Source: Lingula anatina (Eukaryota > Animalia > Brachiopoda). From it: 64,000 nt of DNA. The DNA lies in NCBI GenBank assembly GCA_051362555.1, contig CM120641.1:434001-498000 (forward strand), written 5' to 3'. The position numbers and the translations under genes are program-made. Under the pieces are notes generated by a model. It had not been told where the DNA came from. It searched no databases and saw nothing but the letters and a program-made list of their open reading frames with translations. Shown piece after piece: positions 25,914-39,325 of this stretch. The first letter of the stretch is position 1. Each line of letters starts with the position of its first letter.

Positions 25914-28900
25914 TTGACAAGTCTTGGGCAAAGTGCAATGTAGAAGAAACACTCTTCCCTGTTATAACTGCTTCTTTGAAATTTAAAATTGGACCATGAA
26001 ATTAATCTCATTGTAGCAAGCAAATGTTTCATTGGGTGCATCAGTTATGTACCATGAGATTAAGACCTGATGCCTAGGGCCTTAACTTCTTCATTTGTGT
26101 TCATTTTCATATCCATATCCACATGTAGCATACCCTGGTAGGTTCCTTAATTATTGCTGTGACCTTCACCAGGAATTGTATTCAAGTTTACATTGCCAAT
26201 TACAAATACTATTATTACTGTAGCTTATATCTCTGTCTGTATGCAGGGACTTGACTACTCTCAAATGAGAACTATTGTTAGGAAAGTGCTTATATATTTC
26301 TGGCAAAGCAAGGGTATTTTTGGCTCACGAGACCAAAATACATTTTGGAATCTGTCTATGGACCATGCTGATGCAAACTATACAAAGAACCTGTATACCA
26401 GTCTTAGCCTTGTCAGCATCAAATAAAATTACCATTATACAAGACTTTCTAATGATAATAATTCATTTCTCAACTACAGTCAGAACAACCTATATATTTA
26501 TTCTGGTTTACTTTGTGCTCTAGAAATTATTCATCCTACGTGAACAATTTTTATCAGCCAGTGGTCATTATGTTTTCAGTTAATTGCACTCTCACTTCCA
26601 CTAATTTATAAGCTGGAACATTAGGAAATTTGGAAATGAAAAAGCTAGCTGGCACACATTGGATCTGAAACTTTGGGTACATTTTTAAAATATACAGTAT
26701 TAAATAAGTGTGGGTGGATTAGATTTTTTAAAATTTGATTTTAAGATTTCAAAATGAGATCAGCTTGCCATCGCTTAGCTGGCCCAAGGGATGAGATTGG
26801 ATGTTCATTAAAACAAAATTATAATTAGAAATTTGAATAAATCACAAACCAAATTTAGAACCTGAACAGCCTTGTTTCTCAATGAATACGTAAGAAGTTT
26901 TGTTGGCTGACAATTCCTGCACATGCACACATGCACACACATACACCCTTGGACACACGGAGAGAGAGAGAGATGGTATTTACTGAGTGTATCAATTTTG
27001 GAATTAAAAAAAGCTTTTAACATAATTTCTTCATTACCACATGAAAAACAACACATTGTTTATCTAAAGGTGCACCACTCGTCATTAATACACAACTTCA
27101 AAGTGATACCTGGTAAATTGACATTTAGTAGCAATATTCAGCTCTGCGGTTAAATCCACTACAGCGGAAATGGAAATGGCTTCAAGTTTTTACAGTATGT
27201 GTAGGATGTTTTACAGGACTCCCTTTCTGACATGAAGATAGTGGTGATCTTTCAAATCAATTGCCTAATTTATCTAAATAAAATACCAGATTTCAATTAA
27301 AGAAGTAGAGCTGCAGTGTGGGCTGTTGGTCTTTGGATTAATTGTAGAATAAGAAATATGGAGATTAGTGTGGCAGACGGCCTCATCCATGTATAATAAA
27401 TCACGCATCTGTGGGTCTACTAAATCAACTCTTTTCTAAGCAGGCGTGAAAAGAAAAACGATACCTTAATGGTTTGTGAAAATGCTCCTGAAGGAAAACT
27501 GTCAGTTTTATGAATATGCTTTTATTTGTGTTTGCTATTGAAAATACCTTCAGATTTTTTTCCATTATTTATGTACTAATTTGTATGTTAAATCCTTTTT
27601 AAAGAAGTAAATAATTATACTTATGTTGAGGAATTGTACTACAAGTGTAGTATAGTTGTCAAGTTTGGATTATGATGGCTTACCAGTAGATATACATCTG
27701 TGTACATGTACAAAAATTGATGATGATTGAATTAGACTAAGAGTGGTCACTTTATGTGTAGATTTTTTGTGCTGCCAGGAATACAATAGGAGACTTAAAA
27801 GACAATCTTTCACAAAATCTTCTAATATTAATTCAGCCTTTTTCACTCCAGCTGCCTGAATTGTTGACACTGCAGAATAAATAATACTTATAGTCGATCC
27901 AGTATTTGTAATATGAAACTAATTTCAGCGTGGAAGTTGTAAAGTAAGTTCCTTTATTTGTTCCAAATGGGATCATTATCTTTGTTTTCTCAGTGTGTCA
28001 TATTCATTAAAGTTTTATTGCTGAAATCACTTCAAACATTTATAATATCATTTTACATTTTTGTCACTGTATCTGAAGTGTCAGTATTAATACATTCAGG
28101 GTGTAGAATAACTTCAGTTCATTTTCGCCGTCAGATAACACATGGTCCACTATGAGCTGTATAATCAAGATTTTTACAAAACAAAAGTGAGCAATACACG
28201 TATAACAATGAGGTGACTGTACAAGAGTGGCTGAGTGTCTGCTGTTCAGCCAAAAAAGTCTGATAATCATAAATCATAATTGCATGTACATACTAGTAGA
28301 GTTTAACTTTTAAGTTAAAAAAACAACACAACGGTGGGCTTTAAGACATTTATTACTTTACTAGCTATGACTATGTTACAGGGCAATTAAGTAGCAATTA
28401 TTAATTACCACAAGCTGCATCAAATATAATGAATGCAATTAAATGAAAAAAAATCATTTAAATTTGCAGAGATGAATCAATGAAAAACAAGCAAGTTCAT
28501 TTGTGTTATTATAACCAATTATAGCTCAAGCTCACTGCCGCTAGCGCTGCCGAAAGTGGACTCGGTGACAACGGGGATTCCTGCTGTCAAATGCGGCAGC
28601 CTAGCAGCCTGTCCGTGTGATTTTTAAAAATAGACCTATTCACTTTTCAATTGTCCATATTAGCTGTATAGTATATTAGCTGCCTGTATACCAAAAGATA
28701 CAAAGATCATGCTGAATTCTTTCACAAGCCTCAGTAAAATCAATGTAATATATAACAGATGCAGTCTGCCACTCTTTCCGAGCACTTAATGGAAAAATTT
28801 GATCGATGGTTGACCTTCCTTTTCTGAACTCGTATAAATATCTCATAAATTTTACAAACCTGATTTCTAAATTCGTTTTGAAAAGCTGCCTTTTAAACCC

Positions 28901-29574
28901 AAGAAGTTTTGACTACATGTACGCGTACTTGGAGTGAAACCCCCTTCAATTGCTTATTTTCTGCCCACACCTTCAGCTAAAAACATCACTGATATGTACT
29001 ATGTAGGTGATTGTGTACTTTATTACGTATAATTGAGACTTACAGATATGGACATCCTGACTGTGCCTTTTTAGGCTTTGGTTATTTGATGTTCAAATAT
29101 ACTGCAAAAGTTGAGGGCCATTAAAGGGGATAGATACGTTTGGTTTTTTCCCATTTGATAATCAGATAATGCAGGATTGAACATTCTCATGTTGTAAGAT
29201 AATGTTGGTGCACTAAAATACATCAGGTGAATTTGTCAATTAAGGCTGCTGTTACAGCAGCAATTTTGGAGCAAAAACTGTTATATTGATTTCAAATAGA
29301 TTTTCCTCTACTGAACAGTTATCAACACCATTTTCATGGATATTAATATCAGCACTAAGTTCTACAATCTGGTGCCCGGAAATTTTCCTGAAAGGCTTAC
29401 TTCTAATTTTATCAGTAAAGAGGCAAAGTAATACCTTTGTTTTCTGGAACATTATGTTGAGGGGTTTGCATCTCCTTAATAACAACAAAATACTTAAAAC
29501 CAAATTCTGACAACCGGTTGTAGTTCACACTCTAGTCATTAACCAGACCAATTTTCATGATAATATATTATTAA

Positions 29575-29810
29575 AGCCTAGATTACATTTGAAATGCGAT
29601 GTCCGTACGGTGCATGTATACTGCCAGTAATACCCTTTTCATACAGCGTCTGAGTGGAGGTAGACAGTGGCCTTACGAAATCGCACAAAATCATACTGTT
29701 TTGAGGCTATGTAAAGCAGACATACTTGGTGTAGCCGTAGCTCCTTACGATTAAAAAAAATCATACAGACAATTTCATCGCTCTGTGCCCATGTTAATGT
29801 AATGTAAGCT
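29575..29810. mobile_element. Degraded Harbinger-like MITE (separate family)
   Basis: Imperfect TIR AGCCTAGATTACATT / AATGTAATGTAAGCT; locally CpG-rich interior. The TSD is not intact (TAA versus TTT). Confidence 0.45.
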
Positions 29811-30834
29811 TTTGGTACAGAGTTATTTTAAAAACAAAAACAGTCTCACACCAATTTAAAAAGGAGAAAAGTTGACCCTCAATGCTGGGCCATCCCCATG
29901 TGCAGAAGCTTGTAGGGGGATGAATAAACTGACAAAATAGTGGAGTTTGTGCTCTAAACATGTTTATTTTATTGCATATATTAAGATATATATTTTACAT
30001 AAAAGAAACATAGGGAAAAACTTTTGCCAAATGTAGGTCTTGGGTATTGATCTTCCTTCCTACTTGTAAGAAGGAGTATCATGCACATCCATTACTGGAA
30101 AGCAATGTTGCTGTTTTGTTTCAAACTCTCATCGGACTTGAGTGGGGTTTGAATGGGCATAATAAGGGCATAATAAAGGCATGTTTTTCCACCTGAATGT
30201 CTGTCATGATAAACTTAAGGCTCTTTGAGGAAGGGTGAAAAAGCCAAGTCTCATAGATACGTACAGAGAAACCAGCTTGGTCTTTTTAGGAACAATTAAT
30301 TTTTTGTCATTATCACAAGAGGCCTATTTCACTGCAATTTTGGGCTTGTGGACACCTTCTCTTCAGTAGTTACATGTATCACCCTACATCTTTATTTTAT
30401 TTATATTGACAAGAACTTGGTTTACAGAGCTGCTAAATAACAATTACATGGTTCTTGTCACTGTACTCAGTAGTAATGCACATGCTTGTTATACTGTATG
30501 TTTTCCTTGCTTCATGCTTGCTTCACACGTCATTCTGTACATATATTTTTTAAAAGCTTAAAAGCTTAATGATATATTTTAAAGTACATAGTTTTTTATT
30601 CTAAAACCTTACATTTGAATTGTCTGTTTAGTCCGTATGAATAACTGATAGGCTACCCTATCCCCTATAGTCATGGGTACCACTGAACAGCACCATTCTA
30701 GATACCGCCTATCTTTCTCACCAGATGTTTACCCACCTACCTCAGTAATTCAAGAGTATAAGTATTAGAGGTCCCTCAGAATGAGTGAGGTCACCCTAGC
30801 TAGGTCAACCTAATTCTTTGTTAATGATCCCTAA

Positions 30835-31105
30835 GGACCCCATTCCCAAGGACACCATTGGTCTGTGTGGATTGACCCAATTCGATCTGCTAGGACTCTT
30901 GCTGAGTGCAATCAAGCTTAACTGAATGCCATGCCTCCTCTTGTTCCCAATGTACTAGTACTTGTATACTTCTACTATTTTCTACATAATGCCAGGAGGA
31001 GGCATGTCAATCTGTTAAACTGATTGCATTCAAAATAGTCCCCAAAGAATTATAGGTCTCACTAGCTACAAATGTAGGTCAACCTAATTCGTTCTGAATG
31101 GCCCT
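30835..31105. mobile_element. Old Harbinger-type fold-back MITE family D
   Basis: Starts (G)GACCCCATTCCCA after TAA and ends GAATGGCCCT before TTA. Arms GGACTCTTGCTGAGTGCAATC...CATGCCTCCTC / GAGGAGGCATG...GATTGCATTC; homologous to 40831-41074. Confidence 0.65.
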
Positions 31106-31391
31106 TTAGTCAAAGGATCATTGGGCCCAGATTTATTGGGAATGGCACTGTAAAATAGGCATTTGGGTATCCATGGCCATTTGAATGTACTTCTTTCAAA
31201 ATATATAGAATCCATTAGCCATCTGAACATAAATGATAAGGGCCAATTGTTCTCTCAACAGGGTCTTGATCTGTGCTAGCCTCATGAAAGTGAGGTTAAT
31301 AGTGTCAAATCCTTCAGGAAAAATTACAGATGCGGTCCATAATTGGCTTTACAGCTCTAATGATGGATGACTATCAGAGTCAGTAGCCTAA

Positions 31392-31566
31392 GGCCCCATT
31401 CAGAATAGGGGACTAACCAGTCAGAGGATCAAAGATGGCTGACCCACTTGAATACTTTCCCATCGGATATCTATTCAGTGTCTATCAGCGGATTAGACGG
31501 GAAGCTTTGTAGTGGGTTGCCATATTTTACACTCAGACTAGTTAGTCCCCCAGTCTGAATGGAGCC
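31392..31566. mobile_element. Harbinger-type MITE family C
   Basis: TIR GGCCCCATTCAGAATAGGGGGACTAAC / GTTAGTCCCCCAGTCTGAATGGAGCC. TAA at 31389-31391 and 31567-31569. Confidence 0.85.
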
Positions 31567-31569
31567 TAA

Positions 31570-31784
31570 GGCTGTATTCCCAGAGCTTTTAGATAGATCT
31601 ATCCCCGCGGGGAGTCTCACTAGATTACTGTCAGATAATCCGGCTTAAATGTCCGTCCCGCCTACTACAAGCTGTAAACGGGTGATTAACTTTCGTGTCC
31701 GCCCGGCTGACAGCTATTTAGCGTGAACCCCCAGGGAGTTAGGTCGATCTAAAGTAGATCGATCTAATCTCTGGAAATGGGGTC
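31570..31784 (+). mobile_element. Harbinger-type MITE family A, abutting the family C copy
   Basis: TAA at 31567-31569 and 31785-31787. CpGs are intact, suggesting a young copy. Confidence 0.9.
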
Positions 31785-32827
31785 TAAGATACCATGGGGG
31801 TACTAGAATACATAAGGAATCAAAGGGGAAAGTGTGATGTGGTGGGTTGGGAATGTCTCTTTCCCTAGTATCACATAAGTAAGCCAAGATAAGGATTGGC
31901 ATTACAGTTTTGGCCTCTCTACACCACTTGCTGGACAACAGAGCAGTTGGATCTGCTATCAGTTATAAACCTATGAGATGGATGGTATCATGTTTTACAT
32001 GGATACCCTAGAGAAAGAAAAGTTTGTTCCTGTAGTGACCAGGATACATTCTGTCAGTTTTTATCTGCACAAATAATACTTCCAAGACAAACCTGATATC
32101 ACCTCGAGTTAAATTTTATTTTCTGTGTCTCTAACTTTCAAGCTCTCTTTTAGGTTTTTAACAGCAAATGAAAAAGAAAATGCTTATTTTTGTTTTCATT
32201 TTAGGTCATACATGTAACTCCTGATTGAATTACAAATTATAGATATGTTAAAGAAATATGCACAAAATAAAAATGACTTTTTGGTTTAAAGTTATATGAA
32301 GATTAATGTAAGCACTATTTTAAAAGGAATATTCATCGTACTTGACAAATAATGTTAGGAACATTTAAAACAATCACGTATAGGACAGGACTTGCAGTTC
32401 ACCTGGAGCCTTGGACCCAACTAGAAAATACAACTAGTAAATAGGATACAAAAAACTAATAGTATACAGAGGAGAGCAGAAAATAATCAGCAATGCTCTG
32501 ATAAAATTCCCTCAGCTTCAGACACTTTCAGATTATTTTCAAATTAGCAGAAAGCCACCAGCCCTATGTAACAGACAATGCAATTTGCAACACAATATAT
32601 ATGTAACTCCCACTACAGTTGCTTTGGGCAGTAGAAATACTTATAACCTTTCAAAAATGAGCATGTTGGTGTCTTTTTAACAGTTGGTAAATGCAGTTTG
32701 AAATGTCACTTTGTTGAAAAAAGAAAGGACTGCTCTACTCTTCCACTTGAAAAATAAACTTATATGAAGAGCATTAATTTAATAAATGCCACATTGAAAT
32801 ACTGAGTAATCACTGTAAGATCAGTGA

Positions 32828-32890
32828 CATGCTGAATGTTGTTTTGATCCCTTCATATACATGCTGAATGTTGTTTTGATCCCTTCATAT
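32828..32890. repeat. ~32-bp tandem duplication
   Basis: CATGCTGAATGTTGTTTTGATCCCTTCATAT occurs twice. Confidence 0.85.
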
Positions 32891-34010
32891 TACTTTCTCA
32901 TTTTTTCTTAATTACGATCCAGCACCTTACCAGCATCTCCCAGGGGAGGGGTAACTTCAAATCAAGTGAACTTCACTTGTCTCCATCTCCATTAGGAAAG
33001 TAACTAAGAAAATAGAAAAATTACTCCAGAATGTCTTTATACATGTACATGTACCCCAGTACATTGTGCCTAAATCATGACTTTTTCAATAGTTTTGGAT
33101 TTGGTGTACTTTGGGGAATGAGGGTTGCAGGTGTGGAAATTTCCTGGATACCAATTTTTTTTCTGTATAAATCAAAAATAATCCATGGTAATTAGATGGA
33201 ATTTCACCCTTTCCTGGTTAATGGAATTGGCTATGTCATTTACAGTTTTTTAATTAACGCAACATTTCTTTTCAAATGTTTGAAATATAGTCATTTTCTT
33301 CAGTGGCACTCCAACCACCACAATTTCACAATAAAATGGCTTCTTTTTTGTGACTAAGAAAGAGGGTATAAAAAAATTGGTCAGTATATAAATGAATGGA
33401 AAACAATGCACTTGCATACCTTTTAGTTCAAAAATGTTGCTCCATCTTAATAAACAATGTGGTCATAACCTGGAGAGAGGCTGCGACAGTCAAGAAGACT
33501 ATCGTTTGTTCAAGAAATAAAAACACTTAATTTCCGGCATTGCGTTTTGGGACTATCATAATTGGACTAAGTGGAATATGAAAATTATGAAAACTATTTA
33601 AACAAGCTCTCATGGTACACAGTTTATGTCCTGTAGTTTTGTCATGTGAAATGTCATTGAATTTGAAATAATTTATTTGATGCCTGTTTATTATCTTTTC
33701 GACATATTTTGATGGATTAATATAACATGGAAAACAACACAATAATACAATGATGCAATTAAATCACATCTGATTCAGTTGCCAAACCATCCAAGTACTA
33801 AAACTTCAATAATTTACAATATTATAAATTAGCAAAACCTGGCATGTTAAATATGACCACAATATCAAAACAATATAGATAACCATGAATTATTGCAAGT
33901 AGCAGGTTGTAATATTTAATAATGTTGATTTGTAAACTTATTGGCTAATACGTATCTGTTTATTCTGTGTGTCATTTTCTGTCTCTGAGATTTTAGTTTC
34001 TCTTATCTTT

Positions 34011-34024
34011 GTTGCCATGGCAAC
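34011..34024. promoter_or_regulatory. Perfect palindromic RFX X-box motif
   Basis: GTTGCCATGGCAAC is an exact 14-bp palindrome matching the established RFX consensus. Function is not shown. Confidence 0.5.
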
Positions 34025-35019
34025 AGGTCTCACATTCAAACATTATTCAACAAAATAAAAGCTTGGGAACTTAACTACCTGAAAAACATATTGAATATAA
34101 ATTCTAAGGGATCCTGGATTTGATCATCAGTCCTCATACTTCAGTGTAAGCATATCTTTCAGAACTTGGCAATCTGTACAACCTTAAGTGCTACCACATC
34201 CCTGTTAAACCTTTAAATATTATGGTTTTTGCAGATACCACCTTATGCCATAGTGATTACATGTATCAGTTTATTTTCAGCTACTTTAGATATATATGTA
34301 AAAACAAAAACAAGCATTCAGGCATGGTCAGCTCACAACTCCTATTCTCCAACTCAGTAGCACAGGTACCCAACATAAACTGTTGTCTGGCATAATGGAG
34401 CTATTTCAAACAATAAAAGTACAAGATGGTTCCTTGAACACACGGCAGTCAACACTAATTGTTCCACCTGAAAAAGTGGCGAGGTAATTGCCTCATCAGG
34501 GATTTCAATATCACGGTGTTAACAGATCAAAGTACTCCATCAGTTGTTAAGGTGGTGTTCACTCAGATGAAAACTAACTCAATTGAAAGGTTAACAGCTT
34601 CATCTCAAACAGGAAACCACATTACTGACATTATTAGAAGAGTACGACACCACAATTAAGAACACCACCCTAAAGAGTGCCCATGTCTTCCTCATGTGTA
34701 CTTGATAGCATAGCCTGTTTGTTAAATGTTAACATGGGTGAAATTTTCAGGATTACATGTATGCCTGATTACAGGATTTTCAGTCTTCTGTTTTTAGTCG
34801 TTTTTTCAAATGGTTCAAATGCAGTGATAAATTGCAAGCTGCATTTTCAAGATTTTCAGTTTTTGCAACTTGCACTCATGTTTAAATGATGCAGGAGTTT
34901 TGTTTTTTTTTTTTTTTTGTGCATTTCTTTGTCTTTTATTTACATTTAATGATGTGCATACTTCTAAATTTTAACAGAAAATAACCACAATTCATAAGAG
35001 TGTTTTTTTTTATATATAC

Positions 35020-36940
35020 TTTTATATCACTGAACAGATGTGGAACATGACAGAAATGGGATTAAAAGTTGTGGAATTATTAAAGGGGGGAGATTAATGG
35101 AGTTAAATGAGTCATATTGTTGCTGAGAAGATATAAATAATACCTGAATGGTGTCAGAAATAATTTATCTTACATAATTATCACCATAAGCTGCATAGTT
35201 GACAGTCATCATTATTTTAATTGTTGCTTTAATTCTCTAATAATGTTTTGCTGTGTTGGACAGAAATGACTGCAGCTTTGCAGAGATAAGAAGGTGGGAT
35301 ACTTTTGGGCGAAGGCTGATAAAGGAATAAACACACTTTTATATCACTTAACAGATGTGGAACATGGCAGCAATAGGATTAAAAGTTGTGGAAAGTGGGG
35401 ATATGCTGGTTAACAATTTAGACATATGTATTCTACAGACAATGCTGTGAGGAAAAAAAATAGTTGCCTTTGAAGAGGATGAACTTAATGGATCTTTTTC
35501 AGTGAAATAGAAAGAGTGAAAACTGATGAATGTAATGTACACCCCTGGAAGGCAGGGTCCTGATGTTTAAAAATTAAGCCATTTTATTTTACAGAAGTTA
35601 AATTTAGGTTCTTGTGTGAGAGAGAGAGAGAAAGAGATTATGATTTATCTCACTTAGCCATGTCTTGCCATTTAATACAGTACTGTATATATATCTGTAG
35701 TTATAGGAAACTATAAAAACTGATATTGGCTATATGCTGGGTGACTTTTATCCACCAAATAAAAAATTAACTTTTCATAAAATAAATTGTTAGAGGGTAG
35801 CATGTATAGAAGGTACCTGCTGATGCAAACCTCTTATACTGAGTAGCATCAGTGGAGGGAGATTTCATTTGGCTCAAATATGCACTCTGAAATGCTTCTT
35901 GATTTTGGGATTTATACTTGTTGACCTATCTCTTTGTCATGGTACATGTAAAATAAAAACAAAACTAAGGCCACATTCCCATAGATTTTAGATCGATCTA
36001 TCCTCGTTGGGAATTCTCACTAGATTACTGTCAGATAATCCGGCTTAAATGTTCGTCCCACCTACTACAAGCTGTAAGGGGGTAATTAACTTTCATGCCC
36101 GCTCAGCTGACAGTTATTTAGAGTGAACCCCTAGGGAGTTAGGTCGATCTGGTTGGATTGATCTAATCTCTGGGAATGGGGTCTAAGAACCAAATCATTT
36201 AATGTATACTGAACTTTAATAAAGTAACCATTTTACTTAGTTGATGGTATCTTAACTGCTCCTCAGTAATTATGTAATTAGCACCACGCAGGCAAGAGAC
36301 CCCCCTGTTGTTACTCACACAAAGGGTCTTGAACTGGTCTTCTTTCTCACCTGTCTATACTGAAACCCAGGAAAAGTTTGAATGAGTAAGGAAGATAATT
36401 ATTAAACAACTTAACTGGAACTCAGTCTAGAGATGACCCTTTGCTCCTAAAGAGTGAGGCCATTTTTGCCTGTATAAAAAATTGCAGTTCAGCATTCCTA
36501 ACCGCACATTATCAATATATCATCATTATTTTAATTGTTGCCACAATTGGCTAAAAATGTTTTGCTGTTTTGGACAGATATGACTACAGTTCCGTAGACC
36601 TCATAAATAGGAGTACTTTGGTGAAGACAGATAAAAGGAAAAACACACATTTATATCACTTAACAGATGTGGAACATGACAGGAATGGGATTAAAAGTTG
36701 TGGAAAGTGGAGATATCCTTGATAATTAAGAATTTGGACATGCTTCAGAGCATCCTGCCAGGAAAAAACGAGTGCCTTTGTCCTATAAATCTACTGCCTC
36801 TTAGCAGAAGATGAACTTAATGGATATTTTTTCAATTAGAGGGAATGAGTGCAGGCACATGAATGTGACAGTTAAAGAATGCCTCCGGGAGGCTTATGGT
36901 GACAGGGTCCCCATGTCGTAAAAATTAGTTCATTTTATTG
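35020..36940. repeat. Local diverged duplication (35200-35590 versus 36510-36940, plus a partial copy at 35020)
   Basis: TTATATCACT(T/G)AACAGATGTGGAACATG-CAG--ATGGGATTAAAAGTTGTGGAA variants occur at ~35022, 35339 and 36651. TCATCATTATTTTAATTGTTGC occurs at ~35206 and 36520. Confidence 0.75.
35969..36183 (+). mobile_element. Harbinger-type MITE family A
   Basis: TAA TSD at 35966-35968 and 36184-36186. Ends GGCCACATTCCCA...TGGGAATGGGGTC. Confidence 0.9.
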
Positions 36941-37288
36941 GCAGTTGAGGAAATAAATGTAAAGAATATGTCCCCAGACTGACTACAGAGACAGTAAAAG
37001 ATTGTATTAAATGACAAGATAATTACCAGTAAGCTAAATGAAATTAGTCACAATCTCTCTTTCCTAGAAACATGCTTGAATCTGTATAAGGTGGGGTTGA
37101 CTTTGCAGTGATAGGAGTAATGTGGCAGGAATATTGTTTTAGAAAACTATACAACAGTGACACACAAAACATGTTGATCTCATACTACAATACACAGTGA
37201 TATGACATAACTCAGAGAAAACAACCCAAAAAAAATATCCCTGGATATATACTGTCAGCTTTTATTCATTGGTGTACCTTACTAGCTA

Positions 37289-37529
37289 GACTGGGTTCAA
37301 TCAATCTAACAGGATAGATCCATCTCCAAGGGGTTTCTCACTAAATTATTTTCAGCGTAAGCAGCTAAGATGACTGGCATACCAACTGAAGCTGTTTAAC
37401 AATAATTAATTACCCCCTAGCAACTTCAGTAGGCATGACAGACATCTAAGTTGATTGCAATTTAGCGAGAATCCCCTCTGAGATAGATTGATCCACATTT
37501 AGTACAGTAGGGTCCAGGTATGGTCCCCC
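37289..37529. mobile_element. Harbinger-type fold-back MITE family B (degraded termini)
   Basis: GATCCATCTCCAAGGGG...CTGAAGCTG...TAATTAATTA...CTTCAGTAGGCATG...GCAATTTAGCGAGAATCCCC; homologous to the copies at 8710 and 18193. Confidence 0.75.
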
Positions 37530-37981
37530 AGTCTGCTATTATTCTGACCCAACTCTCCTTAAAATGCAGCTGTGTCACTTAATGTTACGCCAATCAGGAG
37601 ACTGTGATCTAAGCTTAGAGGAATCTCATTGAGAATGTGGTGATAAAGATCATGCTAGTGATAAAAAACAAGGGCATTGTACTTCCAATTACATAAGGAC
37701 ACAACTGTATATGTCCCATGGGAATTGGGGAAAAGTGCATGGAAGGTTGACTATCAACAATGAATGATTGCATTAAATGGCAAGGTAAATTACACTAATG
37801 AAACTGAATTAATCATAGGTGATAACCATGTAAGAGTGAGTCTTCTGTAAACATTTTAGTTAATTGCTATTTTGATGACATTTTAGATGACCATAAATAC
37901 TTTTGTTGAAATGTAGTCATGACTTTTTTATCTTCCAGTTTCTGTGATTTTTTTAGAATAATCGTTGTTTTGCTCCTTTAG

Positions 37982-38139
<158 letters not shown>

Positions 38140-39325
38140 ACACCACACAATTGCATGAAGCACATCTTCCTATGAATTGTGTTAGTTGAGCTACTCACAT
38201 CCTGACACAATTGCCTTAGCTGTACCAACCCCTATACACATAAAACACAATGACTATCAAATTGGAGATAGAATCCTAATTATGCAAAAAGAGAATTTTT
38301 TAGCCCATTAATTATGTTGGAGTGTAAGGAATTCCTTTCACATCTTTTTCATAAATTTCAACTTCATATGCATTAATTAATTTATTCTGTTGTAACTTCA
38401 ACATTCATCTTCATTAGTATGATTTTCCAGGCCAGTTCGTATCTTTAAAGAAAAGACAAAAAAATGTTTCATTTTAGGTGTCTTTATGCCATAGTCCAAC
38501 CACTTGCATCCAAATTCATATCAAAGTCATATCTGGTATGTAACACATGGCTTAATGCACTACCTACTATCGGGGTAAGTGCTTTCCCCCCTCCCCCCCC
38601 CCCCCTTCTATCTCTGAGCATCTTACTTGTTATTTGTCATTTTATGTGCAGTAAAAGAAAAGCCATATAGTTTTTCTTACACTTTTATTTCAAGAAGACA
38701 CACATCATTTGTTGGACACGCACTTATATCATCAAAAATTAAACATACAGTACTCTCTTACCCTGTACAAATTGAATGCACAAACATATAGGAAAAATAT
38801 ACATTCGATTGCAGTGTCATAACCAGGTTATATGGTTACTGTCTATTTTCTGTGATGGAAGGACCCAGGAGCTGTTTATGATTCTCCTTGCAGTAGATAA
38901 AACAAGAAGTTAACAGTTCTGGAGCACATTATTATACTGGTATTACTGGGTATTATTATTTCTCCGCAAGGTAGACAACTGAGAATTTAAGGTGTGCAAC
39001 AATAACCAAAAGAACTCTGAAAAAGCTTAATACTAATGTGATGCCAAAGTTATGGGTAATTAATTTTGATGTAATTTAATCTGCATGAAGATATAATTGT
39101 CAATTAATAAGGAAATATGGTCTATATTCAGCTGGAATCATTGAATTTTTCCCAGAGGAATATGAAAATAATTCACAAAACAAAATGTTTGCTGATTAAA
39201 AGGTAAACAAACCAAAGCAATTCTAGCCTGAGAATGAGAGTGACACCTTGGATTGGCTCAGTTAATAGAAATTTCATTAAGTCCCTGGTGTTAATGGTGG
39301 CTGATTGAAGTAATCCCCAGTGGTT

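Noticed and set aside
25577-26041. YCIVL / TIQYN repeat ORFs
   Set aside because: Translations of the (TATTG)n microsatellite.
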